Shown piece by piece: positions 42,718 to 52,573 of a stretch of DNA of 55,177 nt. The notes under the pieces are model-generated. The model saw only the letters and a program-made list of their open reading frames with translations. It made no database searches and was not told where the DNA came from. Every line of letters begins with the position of its first letter. The first letter of the stretch is position 1. Source of the DNA: an uncultured Gemmatimonadaceae bacterium. GTDB lineage: Bacteria; Gemmatimonadota; Gemmatimonadetes; Gemmatimonadales; Gemmatimonadaceae. A program made the position numbers and the translations under genes. The stretch spans positions 1 to 55,177 of the forward strand of contig CAVVTZ010000013.1 in assembly GCA_963751275.1 (NCBI GenBank), read 5' to 3'.

Positions 42718-45349
42718 TCAGTCCGACCGCAGCGCGCTCACGGGATCGATCGACGCCGCCCGTCGCGCCGGCAGCCACGACGCCGCGAGCGCCACGAGGA
42801 GCAGCAAGACCGTCACCGCCGCCAGCGTGAGCGGGTCCGTCGCGCTCACGCCGTACAGCAGGTCTTGAAGCTTCCGCGTGCCGAGCAGCGCCACGACGAT
42901 CCCGATCGCCGCGCCGGCCCCCGCGTGCGCCATCCCGCGCCGCACGATCTCGCCCACCACTTCGCCCCGCTGCGCGCCGAGCGCCATGCGCACACCGATC
43001 TCCTTCGTGCGCATGCGCACGGAATAGCTCAGCAGCCCGAAGATCCCCACCGCCGCCAGCGCCACCGCGCTCGCCGCGAATCCGCCCAGCAGCGTCACCA
43101 GATGGCGCGGCTGCGCCACCGATCCGTAGACGACGTCGCCCATGAGCGCGGGCCGGTCCAGCGCCACGCCGGGATCGGCGGCGCGGATCACGGCGCGGGC
43201 GCGTCCGAGCAGGGCCGGCGCCGACACCGCGTCGCTCGCGCGCACGAACAGATGCATCACGCGCCAGATCCCTTCCGATGATGGCGTATACATTGCTTCG
43301 CGCGTATCGGCGAGCCCCATGAACGGCACGTCGGATACCACGCCGACGATCGTCGTGTGCGGGCACGAGGTGCACCCACCCTGGATGAGCTGGCGCCCCA
43401 CCGCCGAGCGTCCGGAAAAGTAGCGCCGCTCCCACGCGCGGCTCACGATCATCACCGGCGGCGCGTTCGCGGAATCCATGGGGCCGAAATCGCGCCCGCT
43501 CATCACTCTGAGGCGCAGCGCGTCGAAGAAGCCGGTGGACACCACGATCCACGGCGCCGTCGGCTGGGCCGTGCCCATGGGAACGGGCGCGTCGACGAGA
43601 TCGAAATTGTCGGTGCTGCGCGAGCCGTCGTCATCGGGCGGGATCTCGCTCGCAAGGCCCACTCCCGCGACGCCGGGCAATTGTTCCAGCCTCGGCAGCA
43701 CGGTGCGCCAGAAGCTCTGCATCGCGGAGTCGGTGGGATACGCACCGGCGGGCAGCGCGACGTTCACCGTCACCACGGGATCGGGATCGAAACCCGGGTC
43801 CACGGTGGAGAGGCGAAGGAATCCGTTCAGCAGCAGCCCCGCGCCCGCGAGCATTGGCAGCGCGAGCGCGAATTCCGCCACCACGAACGCGCCGCGCACC
43901 GCGTGCGCGCGCTTGCCCGCTCCTACCACGCGGCCCGCATTGCGCACGGTGCCCTGGCGCATGAGCGCGATCACCGGATACGCGCCCACGACGATCCCCG
44001 CCGCCACCGCCACGCCCACCGCGAACAACAGCGCCGGCAGGTCGAGATGCGCCTGGTCCAGTCGCGGCACGTACGGCCCCAAGTGCACGAGCAGATCGAG
44101 GCCAAGCTCTGCCGAGCACGATCCCGCCCGCGGCGCCGGCGCAGGAGAGCACGAGACTCTCCGCCACCACGAGCCGCACGAGCCTCGCGCGACTCGCGCC
44201 CAGCACGGTGCGCATGGCGAGCTCCGGCGCGCGCGCCGTCGCGCGCACGAGCGTGAGGCTCGCGACGTTCGCCACCGCGATGAGCAGCACGAGCCCCGCC
44301 GCCGCCGCGAACAGTCCGAGCGTCGTGCGCGCATTGCCCACGATCTCGGCGCGCAGCGGGAAGGGGGTGAGGCGCGCCGTGTTGTCCTGGAACCCCGACG
44401 CCCAGAGGGGGAAGATGCGCTCGCTCACGCCGGCGAGATCGCGCTTCGCGGCATCCAGCGTGACGCCGTCCTTGAGCCGCGCGAACACGAAGAGGCCGAA
44501 CGGCCCGCGCCGCTTCGGCGTCTCCAGCTGCAGCGCGGGCCACACGTCCACGTTGCGGCCGGCGAGCGGGAAGGAGCCTGTGGGAATGACGCCGATCACG
44601 GTGTGCGCCGTGCCATTGATCGTGAGCGTGCGTCCCACCGCGGCGGCCGCGCCGCCGAGCGAGGACGCGGCGTAGCCGGACGTCACCACCGCCACGGCCG
44701 GCGCGCCGGCGGCCTCATCGCGCTCCTCGATCGTGCGCCCGGCCAGCGGCCGCACGCCCAGCACGCGGAATATGCCGGCGGTGGCGCGCGCGATCGGCAC
44801 GCTCTTCGTCTCGCCGCCGGTGGAGACGGGCACCGTGCGCAGCCGCATCGCGCCAACGTCGGCGATCGTGCGCGCCTGCTGCTCGATCGCGCGGTAATCC
44901 ACGGTGGAGAGCGTCCAGCGGTTGGTGGGGGAATTCTGCTGGAAGATGCGCACGAGCTGCTCCTCGTGCGGATAAGGGAGCGCGCCCAGGAGCACGGTAT
45001 GGATGCCGCTGAATACCGCGGTGGTCGCGCCGATCGCGAGCGCGAGGATGAGCGCGGCGCTGATCGTGTAGCCCGGGCTGCGCCGCAGCACGCGCACGGC
45101 GTAGCGCACATCGCGCAGGGAATCATCGAACCAGCGCGTGCCGCGCGCGTCACGATGTTCTTCCTCATACCGCACCGTGCCGCCGAACGCGAGCAGCGCC
45201 TGCCGCCGCGCCTCGTCGCGCGAAAGGTGTTGCTCGCGCATGAGATCCTCGGTCTCGAGCTCGATATGCGAGCGCATCTCCTCGGACATCTCCCGATCGA
45301 TCGCGCTCCCGAAGAAGAGCGCGCGCAGTGTCCGCGCGAGGGAACGCAT
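42718..45349 (-). CDS. ADOP-type duplicated ABC permease; frameshift near 44110
   Basis: EARRQALLAFGG, IAVANVASL, EIGVRMALGA, IDPVSALRSD. Confidence 0.92.
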
Positions 45350-45678
45350 CAGACGGCTTTGAGGATCTGTTCGACGGCGGCCGAGAACAGTTTCCATTCC
45401 GCGCGCTCGGCGGCGAGCTGTTTCCGTCCCTTCGGCGTGAGGGTATAGAATTTCGCGCGGCGTCCTTCGAGCGAGATCCCCCATTCGGCGGCGATCCAGC
45501 CTTTGTCTTCGAGTCGATAGAGCGCGGGATAGAGACTGCCCTGCCCCACATCCAGGACATCGCGGCTGAGCTGGCGGAGCCGTTTCGAGATCGCCCAGCC
45601 ATGGAGGGGACCGAGGGCGAGGGCTTTCAGGATCAGGAGATCGAGGGTGCCCTGGAGGAGGTCGGCGCGTGGGGGCAT
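45349..45678 (-). CDS. PadR-family regulator
   Basis: LLQGTLDLLIL, QGSLYPALYRLE, RRAKFYTLT. Confidence 0.95.
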   Translation of the reverse strand: MPPRADLLQGTLDLLILKALALGPLHGWAISKRLRQLSRDVLDVGQGSLYPALYRLEDKGWIAAEWGISLEGRRAKFYTLTPKGRKQLAAERAEWKLFSAAVEQILKAV

Positions 45679-45708
45679 GGATGTCGAGATTGGGGCGATG
45701 CTATGCCG

Positions 45709-45747
45709 TTCGACAATAGGGTATCTCGCCTTGTTGTCGGATGTCAA
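45709..45747 (-). promoter_or_regulatory. padR promoter with overlapping inverted repeat
   Basis: TTGACA-N18-TACCCT; TCCGACAA...TTGTCGAA. Confidence 0.62.
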
Positions 45748-45783
45748 GGCAACGACCACTACCGCCACATGCACGCTTCACTC

Positions 45784-45964
45784 TGCAGCTAACAGCAAAC
45801 AGTCACGAGTGACCGCCAGTCTACAGTCAACAGTCAACAGTTCACAGCAAACCGTCCCCTGCGCCAGGTGATCTGCCGGCACAGGGGACGGTTTGCTGTG
45901 AGCTGTTGACTGTTGACTGTAGACTGCCGTGCCGTTCTCGTGACTGTTTGCTGTTTACTGCAAC
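45784..45964. repeat. Family A full REPIN-like palindrome
   Basis: Arms nearly identical to 40154-40339; related central stem gtcccctg..caggggac. Confidence 0.92.
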
Positions 45965-45999
45965 GCTACCCGTGCAAGTGATGCTGTGGCAGTCGCCCC

Positions 46000-46656
46000 T
46001 TATCCGGAGACGAATTCATACGCACACCCCCGCTGCTGCACCAATCCCAACGCCTGCGTATGCGCCGGCACGATATGCACCCCGGGATTGAGCCCCGCCA
46101 CCAACTCCGCCTTCACCACATCCACCGCCTGCTTGGTATCGGCCGCCAACATCGCCGTCACCCCGTTCAACGCATTGTTGCATTGCCAGAAGATCGCGCC
46201 GCGCTCCTGCAGCAATTTCACGCCCACCATTTTGTTCCGCACCTGCAGTCCGTTCAGCCAGATATTCCGCGTCGCCCAATTGTCCGTGCCGGGCTCCTTG
46301 ATCTTGTACCGCCGCCCGAGCTCATACTTCGCCCACAACGCATCGCCCGCATTGATCGCGAACCCGCTTCCCGCGATCGCGACCACTTCATTCACGTCGG
46401 GATACGCCAGATCGAACACTTCCTTGTATGCGTCCAGATTATTCGTCACCACGAGCAGCGCGATCTCGATCCCTCCGATATCGAACACCTGCTTGTGCTT
46501 CCCCTTGAGCCCATCCATCCACGACAGATCCCATTTCCCACCCCCTCCCACGAGCGCCCCCTGCTGCGCGAATGCCTCGATCGGCTTCAACGTCGCCGCC
46601 GCCGCCAGCGCCGAGATCGTCGCCAAGAAGGATCTCCGATTCTTCCGCACCGTCAT
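46000..46656 (-). CDS. Tat-exported DsrE/F-like hypothetical protein
   Basis: NRRSFL Tat motif; KQVFD, DALWAKY, RGAIFWQCNNAL, QQRGCAY. Confidence 0.7.
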   Translation of the reverse strand: MTVRKNRRSFLATISALAAAATLKPIEAFAQQGALVGGGGKWDLSWMDGLKGKHKQVFDIGGIEIALLVVTNNLDAYKEVFDLAYPDVNEVVAIAGSGFAINAGDALWAKYELGRRYKIKEPGTDNWATRNIWLNGLQVRNKMVGVKLLQERGAIFWQCNNALNGVTAMLAADTKQAVDVVKAELVAGLNPGVHIVPAHTQALGLVQQRGCAYEFVSG

Positions 46657-46706
46657 GCTCGATACCTCAGCTTGAAAGGGAGTTCGCCCGACCATTGCAA
46701 TGTCTT

Positions 46707-46773
46707 CTGTCGACTGCCGACTGTAGACTGTCGACTGTAGTTGACTGGATCACTGTTCACTGTTGACTGCAGC
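46707..46773. repeat. Family A single arm
   Basis: ctgtcgactgccgactgtagactgtcgactgtagttgactggatcactgttcactgttgactgcagc. Confidence 0.85.
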
Positions 46774-46809
46774 CAGGCACGGGCTGGTGATGCACCACGC
46801 CGTTCGCCA

Positions 46810-48663
46810 TTAGACCACCCCGAGCCGATCGATGTCCTCGCCCAACAACCGCGCCGCCTCGATCGCCCGCGTGATCCCCTCCGCCCCACCCGCCCCCGCG
46901 CTGAGTCGCAACAAATCCAACCGCAAATTCTCCAACGCGGTCACCACATCCCGCAATCTCAATTCCGCCGCCGTTCTCGCCGTTCGCAGATCCGCGATCA
47001 ACTCCTCGCCACGTACTCCGGCTCCGCGCACCGACGCATTCCCCGCCTCGCCGATCGACCGATCCAACTGCTCGATCCGCCCCCGCGCCGCGCGCGCCTG
47101 CGCCTCCAATCCCCGCAGCACCGCCGGCACATCGCCCAACCCCTTCCGCACATCCTTCGGCAGGCTCGCGAACATCGCCTCCGCACTCGTCGATATCGCC
47201 ATCTCCGTCGGCCGGTTCGCCCCCGCACTCACCGCGCGCGTTCCCAATCGCCACCCCGCGATCCGCGTGAGCAGCCGTCCCCCACGCCCCTCCCAGAACT
47301 TCAGCCACAACGATGTGTTCGCCCGCAGCCGCTGCCATTTCTTCGCGATGACCGTGAAGATCGCGCCGAAATACATCGTCCCCAAGCCGAACCCGACGAT
47401 CGCCGCCGTGTGCAGCACGGCGTTCGACGCGATGATCGCCGCGCCGCCGATCAGCCCCGCGAGGCCGAGCGCACGAATGACCTTCTCCTTCATTCCGGGC
47501 GTCGGCCCGTTCTCGTAGATGAGCTCATCGCGCCGCTGGGCAATGGACACGCGCAGTCCCGCCGCGACATCGTCCGCCCCATATCCCAGCCGCAGCAGAC
47601 GGCGCGTGCGCGAATAGATCACCGCCAATGGAATGCCGAGCGCGATCACGATCTCCGCCGCCAGCACGAATGGCATCGCCGCGGTGACCACCCTTCCGGC
47701 CGCGAAGATCACCATTGGACCTACCGAGATCATCGCGATCGGCGCGATGATGAGCTGGAACATCCGCCGCCGGTCCAGGAATACGCGAATGGGAACCGGC
47801 ACGTCCTCCCGCTTCTCCAGCGACGGACTCAACGCTTCTGCCAGCGCCTCGCCGCGCTCGAACCGCTCCGCCGGATCCTTCGCGAGACACTTGTCGATCG
47901 CCATGGCAATGCCGCGCGGAATCCCCCGCCCCGCCTCCCCCACACTCGGCGCCGGTTTGGTCACGTGCTGCGCGATCAGCGCGTGCGCCGTGTTCGCCGT
48001 GAAGGGCAGCTGCCCCGTCATCATGTAGTAGCCCACCACGCCCAGCGAATAGAGATCGCTCCGCCCATCCACCGGTTCCGCCGTCGCCTGCTCGGGACTC
48101 ATGAACTCGGGCGTGCCGAGTACTTCGCCCACCGCCGTCTCGCCGCCGGCCTGCGCGAGCCGCGCGATCCCGAAATCGGTGACCATCGCGCGCCCGCTCG
48201 CCGTCTCAATGAGGATGTTCGCCGGCTTGATGTCGCGATGCACCACACCCTGCGAATGCGCGTACGCCAGCGCCCATGCGACCTCGCGCAGGATGCGCGC
48301 GCCTTCGTCCGCCTTCATCGGTCCGCGCTTCGCGATGAGCCCGCCGAGCGTCTCGCCGTCCACGAACGTCATGACGTAGAAGACGAATCCGCCGATCTCG
48401 TCAACGCTGTGGATGGGCACGATGTTCGGGTGCGACAACCGCGCCGCCATGCGCGCCTCGCGCAGGAAGCGGTCCTTCAGCCGGTTGTCGGATGCGAAGT
48501 CGGGCGGGAGCAGCTTGATCGCGACCGGACGATCGAGGCGCACCTCACGCGCGAGATAAACGACGCCCATCCCGCCCCGCCCCAATTCGCGTTCGAGCGA
48601 ATAGCGGCCGGCCAACACACTCTGGAAATCGAGGAATAATTTGTCGAAGGCGGGGTCAGGCAT
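46810..48663 (-). CDS. Hanks-type Ser/Thr protein kinase with about four TM helices and a helical C-terminus
   Basis: LGRGGMGVV, VAIK, HRDIKPANIL, DFG, GTPEFMSPEQ. Confidence 0.95.
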   Translation of the reverse strand: MPDPAFDKLFLDFQSVLAGRYSLERELGRGGMGVVYLAREVRLDRPVAIKLLPPDFASDNRLKDRFLREARMAARLSHPNIVPIHSVDEIGGFVFYVMTFVDGETLGGLIAKRGPMKADEGARILREVAWALAYAHSQGVVHRDIKPANILIETASGRAMVTDFGIARLAQAGGETAVGEVLGTPEFMSPEQATAEPVDGRSDLYSLGVVGYYMMTGQLPFTANTAHALIAQHVTKPAPSVGEAGRGIPRGIAMAIDKCLAKDPAERFERGEALAEALSPSLEKREDVPVPIRVFLDRRRMFQLIIAPIAMISVGPMVIFAAGRVVTAAMPFVLAAEIVIALGIPLAVIYSRTRRLLRLGYGADDVAAGLRVSIAQRRDELIYENGPTPGMKEKVIRALGLAGLIGGAAIIASNAVLHTAAIVGFGLGTMYFGAIFTVIAKKWQRLRANTSLWLKFWEGRGGRLLTRIAGWRLGTRAVSAGANRPTEMAISTSAEAMFASLPKDVRKGLGDVPAVLRGLEAQARAARGRIEQLDRSIGEAGNASVRGAGVRGEELIADLRTARTAAELRLRDVVTALENLRLDLLRLSAGAGGAEGITRAIEAARLLGEDIDRLGVV

Positions 48664-48697
48664 CTCTACATACTATGGGTTCATCGCGCTGCTCGCA

Positions 48698-48862
48698 CCC
48701 CAAACTCCGTATTTGGTCACACGAACTCCGCCATTGGCAACTGAGGCGTGGCCACGGCTCGGGCGTACTTGGCATTTTTATAGAAGCACCTAATGGCGTC
48801 TGAGCCGTTACCACGCCTCAGTTGCCAATGGCGGAGTTCGGGGACCAAGTACGGAGTTCGGG
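48698..48862. repeat. Family C palindrome, copy 1
   Basis: gaactccgccattggcaactgaggcgtgg ... ccacgcctcagttgccaatggcggagttc. Confidence 0.92.
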
Positions 48863-48877
48863 TCGCCACTCTCGCAG

Positions 48878-49936
48878 TCAGGCCGTTTCGCCCGCCTTCA
48901 CCCACGAAAGTAGGAGCGTGTACGCCACCGCCAGCACCACCGGCCCGATAAAGAGTCCGATCACCCCGTAGGTGAGCAGCCCTCCAATGACCCCCGCGAA
49001 TATCAGCAGCAGCGGCAGATCCGCCCCCTTCTTGATCAGCATCGGTTGCAGCACGTTGTTGATCGATCCCGCGACGATCGCCCATACGAGAAGGAACGTC
49101 CCCCAAGAGGACCCCAGCGAGTGGTAGCCCCACGCCACGATGAACGCCATCACCGGAAGGGGGCCCAGCTGCGCGATGCACAGCACGAACATCAGCACCG
49201 TCAGCGCCGCCGTGAACGGGACGCCGGCGATCCACAATCCGATCCCGGCGAACAGCGACTGCACCACCGATGTCACCACCACCCCCATCGCGACGCCGCG
49301 GATCGCGCCGGCCGCCAGCGGGATCGTCGCCTCTCCCTCCTCACCGCCCAGCCGCCGCGCGAAGGCGCGCAGCCCCTTCACCGCCGTCTCCCCGCCGATG
49401 AACATCACCGCCGTGATCGCGACGGTGAGCCCGAATTGCACCAGGAAGGCGCCGAAGCTCCCCGTCTCGCTCGCGATCCACCGCGCCACGCTCGCGAGAT
49501 ACGGCTGCATCTTGTCGAGCAGCGCGGGCATGCCGAGCGCCACGCTGGCATTCCATTTCTCCACCGCCTTCGCGCCCACCACGGGGATCTTCGCCACCCA
49601 TTCCGGCGCCGGCGGGATCTCGCTGGTCGGTAACCGCTCGACGAACGCCTTGACCTCATCCACGTTGTCGGCCACCGCGAGCACGGTGAGCGCCGCCGGC
49701 AGCGCGATGACGGCGAGCAGTCCAAGGGTCATGACGGTCACGGCCGCCCATCGCTTCCCGAACATCCACTTCTCCAGCTTCCGCATGATCGGCCACGTCG
49801 ATACGGCGATCATCGTCGCCCAGATGATGGCGCCGAGGAAGGGCCGCATGATCCAGAACGACGCGGCGGTGAGGGCCGCGATGAACATGATGCCCAGCAC
49901 CGCCCTCACGAGATCGACTCTGCGCTCGACCATCAT
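48878..49936 (-). CDS. ydiK: AI-2E family transporter (YdiK-like)
   Basis: RPFLGAIIWATMIAVSTWP, IAQLGP, NVLQPMLIKKGADLP, GLFIGPVVLAV. Confidence 0.9.
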   Translation of the reverse strand: MMVERRVDLVRAVLGIMFIAALTAASFWIMRPFLGAIIWATMIAVSTWPIMRKLEKWMFGKRWAAVTVMTLGLLAVIALPAALTVLAVADNVDEVKAFVERLPTSEIPPAPEWVAKIPVVGAKAVEKWNASVALGMPALLDKMQPYLASVARWIASETGSFGAFLVQFGLTVAITAVMFIGGETAVKGLRAFARRLGGEEGEATIPLAAGAIRGVAMGVVVTSVVQSLFAGIGLWIAGVPFTAALTVLMFVLCIAQLGPLPVMAFIVAWGYHSLGSSWGTFLLVWAIVAGSINNVLQPMLIKKGADLPLLLIFAGVIGGLLTYGVIGLFIGPVVLAVAYTLLLSWVKAGETA

Positions 49937-50001
49937 TCACGCCCCAGTGGAGGAAATCGATGGGGGAGAACGTAATGCGCCGACCTACTAACCGCGAACT
50001 A

Positions 50002-50175
50002 CGAACCCCCAACACCGTACTTGGTCCCCCGAACTCCGCAATTGGCAACTGAGGCGTGGCCACGGCACGGGCGTACTTGGCATTTCATAGAAGCGCCTAA
50101 TGGCGTCTGAGCCGTTACCACGCCTCAGTTGCCAATGGCGGAGTTCGGGGGACCAAGTACGGAGTTCGGGGTTCG
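50002..50175. repeat. Family C palindrome, copy 2 (same orientation as copy 1)
   Basis: Nearly identical to 48698-48862, including the asymmetric loop gggcgtacttggcattt..atagaagc.cctaatggcgtct. Confidence 0.92.
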
Positions 50176-50179
50176 CCGT

Positions 50180-50926
50180 TCAAGGCCTCCGCGCGTCAGC
50201 TTCCATTTCTACCATTGTGCGCAGATCCCTCAATTGCTCGCCCCGGGGCATCGCGAGGATTGCGCGGTACATGGCGCGTTGCGCCCAGCATTGTTCCGCC
50301 GGCGTCGCTTTCTTCGGGTCGTTCATGATCCGGCTCCACTCCGTGAAATCCTTGTCGCCCAGCTGACTGAGCAGATCATTGCCCAGCTGCAGCTGATCCT
50401 TCGGCGACGCCGCCGCCAGCGCCGAGTCGTTGCGCAGCTGCGCCGACGCCGCCTGGGCGCTGATCTGCGTCCATTTCTCGAGTGACGCGGAATCCAATCC
50501 CTCAATGCCGGTCGGAACGCCCGAGTCGGGCGGTGCGCCCGCACCCTTCGCGTCGCACTGCGCGGAATCGTGCTCGAGCATCTGCAGCACGAGCTCGCTG
50601 CGTTGGACCAGCGCCGCGCTGTCGAGCTGTGCGACGCCCTGCGGCGTGAGCTGCGCGCCGAGCGACTCGGCCTGCGCGGCCGTCATGCCATTCGCGATCG
50701 ACGAGAGCGTGTCGAGGATCCCCGCCTGCGCCAGCGCGCGGGACGCGAAGCGCTGTGTGCGGCTCATCGCGCGCGGCACGGCGACGCGTTCGAACGACCG
50801 GGAGTACGTCGACACGAAGGAGCGCGCCATGATCACCATCAGGATGGCGACCACCACCCCGAGCGCCAGGAGGAGGTGCCTGACGCCGAGCCATCTCGAT
50901 GATCGGAAGCGATCGGTGTCGCGCAA
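50180..50926 (-). CDS. Membrane-anchored hypothetical protein; start uncertain (TTG after AAGGA)
   Basis: TM LLLALGVVVAILMVIM followed by an alpha-helical domain with a Cys pair. Confidence 0.55.
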   Translation of the reverse strand: MRDTDRFRSSRWLGVRHLLLALGVVVAILMVIMARSFVSTYSRSFERVAVPRAMSRTQRFASRALAQAGILDTLSSIANGMTAAQAESLGAQLTPQGVAQLDSAALVQRSELVLQMLEHDSAQCDAKGAGAPPDSGVPTGIEGLDSASLEKWTQISAQAASAQLRNDSALAAASPKDQLQLGNDLLSQLGDKDFTEWSRIMNDPKKATPAEQCWAQRAMYRAILAMPRGEQLRDLRTMVEMEADARRP

Positions 50927-50959
50927 GCAAAGTCCTTGGACGGGGAGTGGAGGCTGGCT

Positions 50960-51134
50960 GAGAGTAGTGGCTTCCTGCTGGACTAACGGCCGCGACGTTG
51001 GAGTTGAGCGCGCGTGGATGCTGAGCGTGGCCATTGAACAACATGCGTCGTTCACACTCCACTCTCAGCTCCCACGCGGCCCAACGTCCAACGTCGCCGT
51101 CCGTGGGTCCAGGCAGGAAGCCACTACCACTCTC
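50960..51134. repeat. Degenerate ~70-75-bp-arm inverted repeat (family D)
   Basis: gagagtagtggcttcctgctggac...gctgagcgtgg pairs with ccactctcagc...gtccaggcaggaagccactaccactctc. Confidence 0.75.
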
Positions 51135-51136
51135 TA

Positions 51137-52504
51137 CTACGCCACTACTATTGTCTTGATATTGACGAACTCCGCGTATCCCAAAGGAACCGAGTTCTCT
51201 CCCGTACCCGGATGCCTTGATCCCCCCGAATGGAAGCCGGGCATCCGACCGCACCGCGTCATTCACGAAAACGGTACCGGCCTCAATGAATTGCTCCGCG
51301 ATCATTTCGCCGCGCGCCGTATCGCGCGTCAGAATGGCCGCGCCCAGTCCGAATTCTGAGTCGTTCGCGATCTCGATCGCGTGCGCTTCATCGCGCGCTG
51401 GAATGATGGCGGCGACGGGTCCGAAGATCTCCTCGGAGTACGCCGGCATTCCGCGCGCGACGTTCGTGAGCACCGTCGCGGGATAGAATGCGCTCCGGGT
51501 CCGGCGGGGATCTGCCCACCCAGTAAGCATTTCGCTCCGCGCGCGATCGATTCCGTCACCTGACGGTGCAATTGATCGCGCAGATCGTGGCGCGCCATCG
51601 GCCCGAGCTCCGTGGCGGGGTCCATCGGGTCGCCCATCTTCGCCGCCGCCATGCGCGCAACGAATCGCTTCTCGAATTCTGATCGTACCGATTCCACGAC
51701 GATGAATCGTTTCGCCGCGATGCAGCTCTGCCCGTTGTTCACGAGGCGGCCCTTCGCGGAGATCCCCGCCGCCGCGTCGAGGTCCGCGTCGGCGAGGATG
51801 AGGTACGGATCGCTCCCGCCGAGCTCGAGCACGGTCTTCTTGAGCATCGCGCCGGCCTTGGCCGCCACCGCGCGGCCGGCGCCTTCGCTGCCGGTGAGCG
51901 TCACCGCGCGCACGAGCGGATGCTCGATCACGGCCGGCACCTGGTCTGTGCCAATGAGCAGCGTGCGGAAGAGATCCGCGGGGAATCCGGCGCGCCGGAA
52001 GAGATCCTCGAGCGCCACGGCGCACCCCGGCACATTCGCCGCGTGCTTGAGCACCGCGCCATTGCCCGCCATGAGCGCCGGCGCCGCGAAGCGGATCACC
52101 TGCCAGAAGGGGAAATTCCACGGCATGATCGCGAGCACCACGCCAAGCGGCTGGAACGTCACGAACGATTTCGATGCTTCGGTCGGAATGACCTCTCGCG
52201 CAAGGAATCGCTCCGCGTTGTCCGCATAGTACTCGCAGCACCCTGCGCACTTGAGCGCCTCCGCCCGCCCGTCGCGCACCGGCTTCCCCATCTCGCGCGC
52301 CATGAGCGCCGCATACTCGTCGGCCCCATCGCGCAGTAGCGCGCCCGCGCGACGCATCGCCGCACTCCGCGTCGCGAACGAAGTCTTCCGCCACTCCCGG
52401 AACGCCGCGTCCGCCGCCGCGATCGCGCCCCGCACCTGCTCCGGCGTCGCCTCCGCGTACTTCCTGCCACGCTCGCCATTCGAAGGATCAACGACCTGCA
52501 TCAT
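51137..52504 (-). CDS. NAD(P)-dependent succinate-semialdehyde dehydrogenase (Sad/GabD1 type); frameshifted
   Basis: IMPWNFPFWQ, TLTGSEGAG, LELGGSDP, NNGQSC, EEIFGPV, PFGGIKASGYGRELG. Confidence 0.92.
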
Positions 52505-52573
52505 TGAACGCCACTCTGTGATCAGTTCGCCGGCTACCGTCGAAAGTCGACAGTCGAGGTCCGCAGTCCGCCG

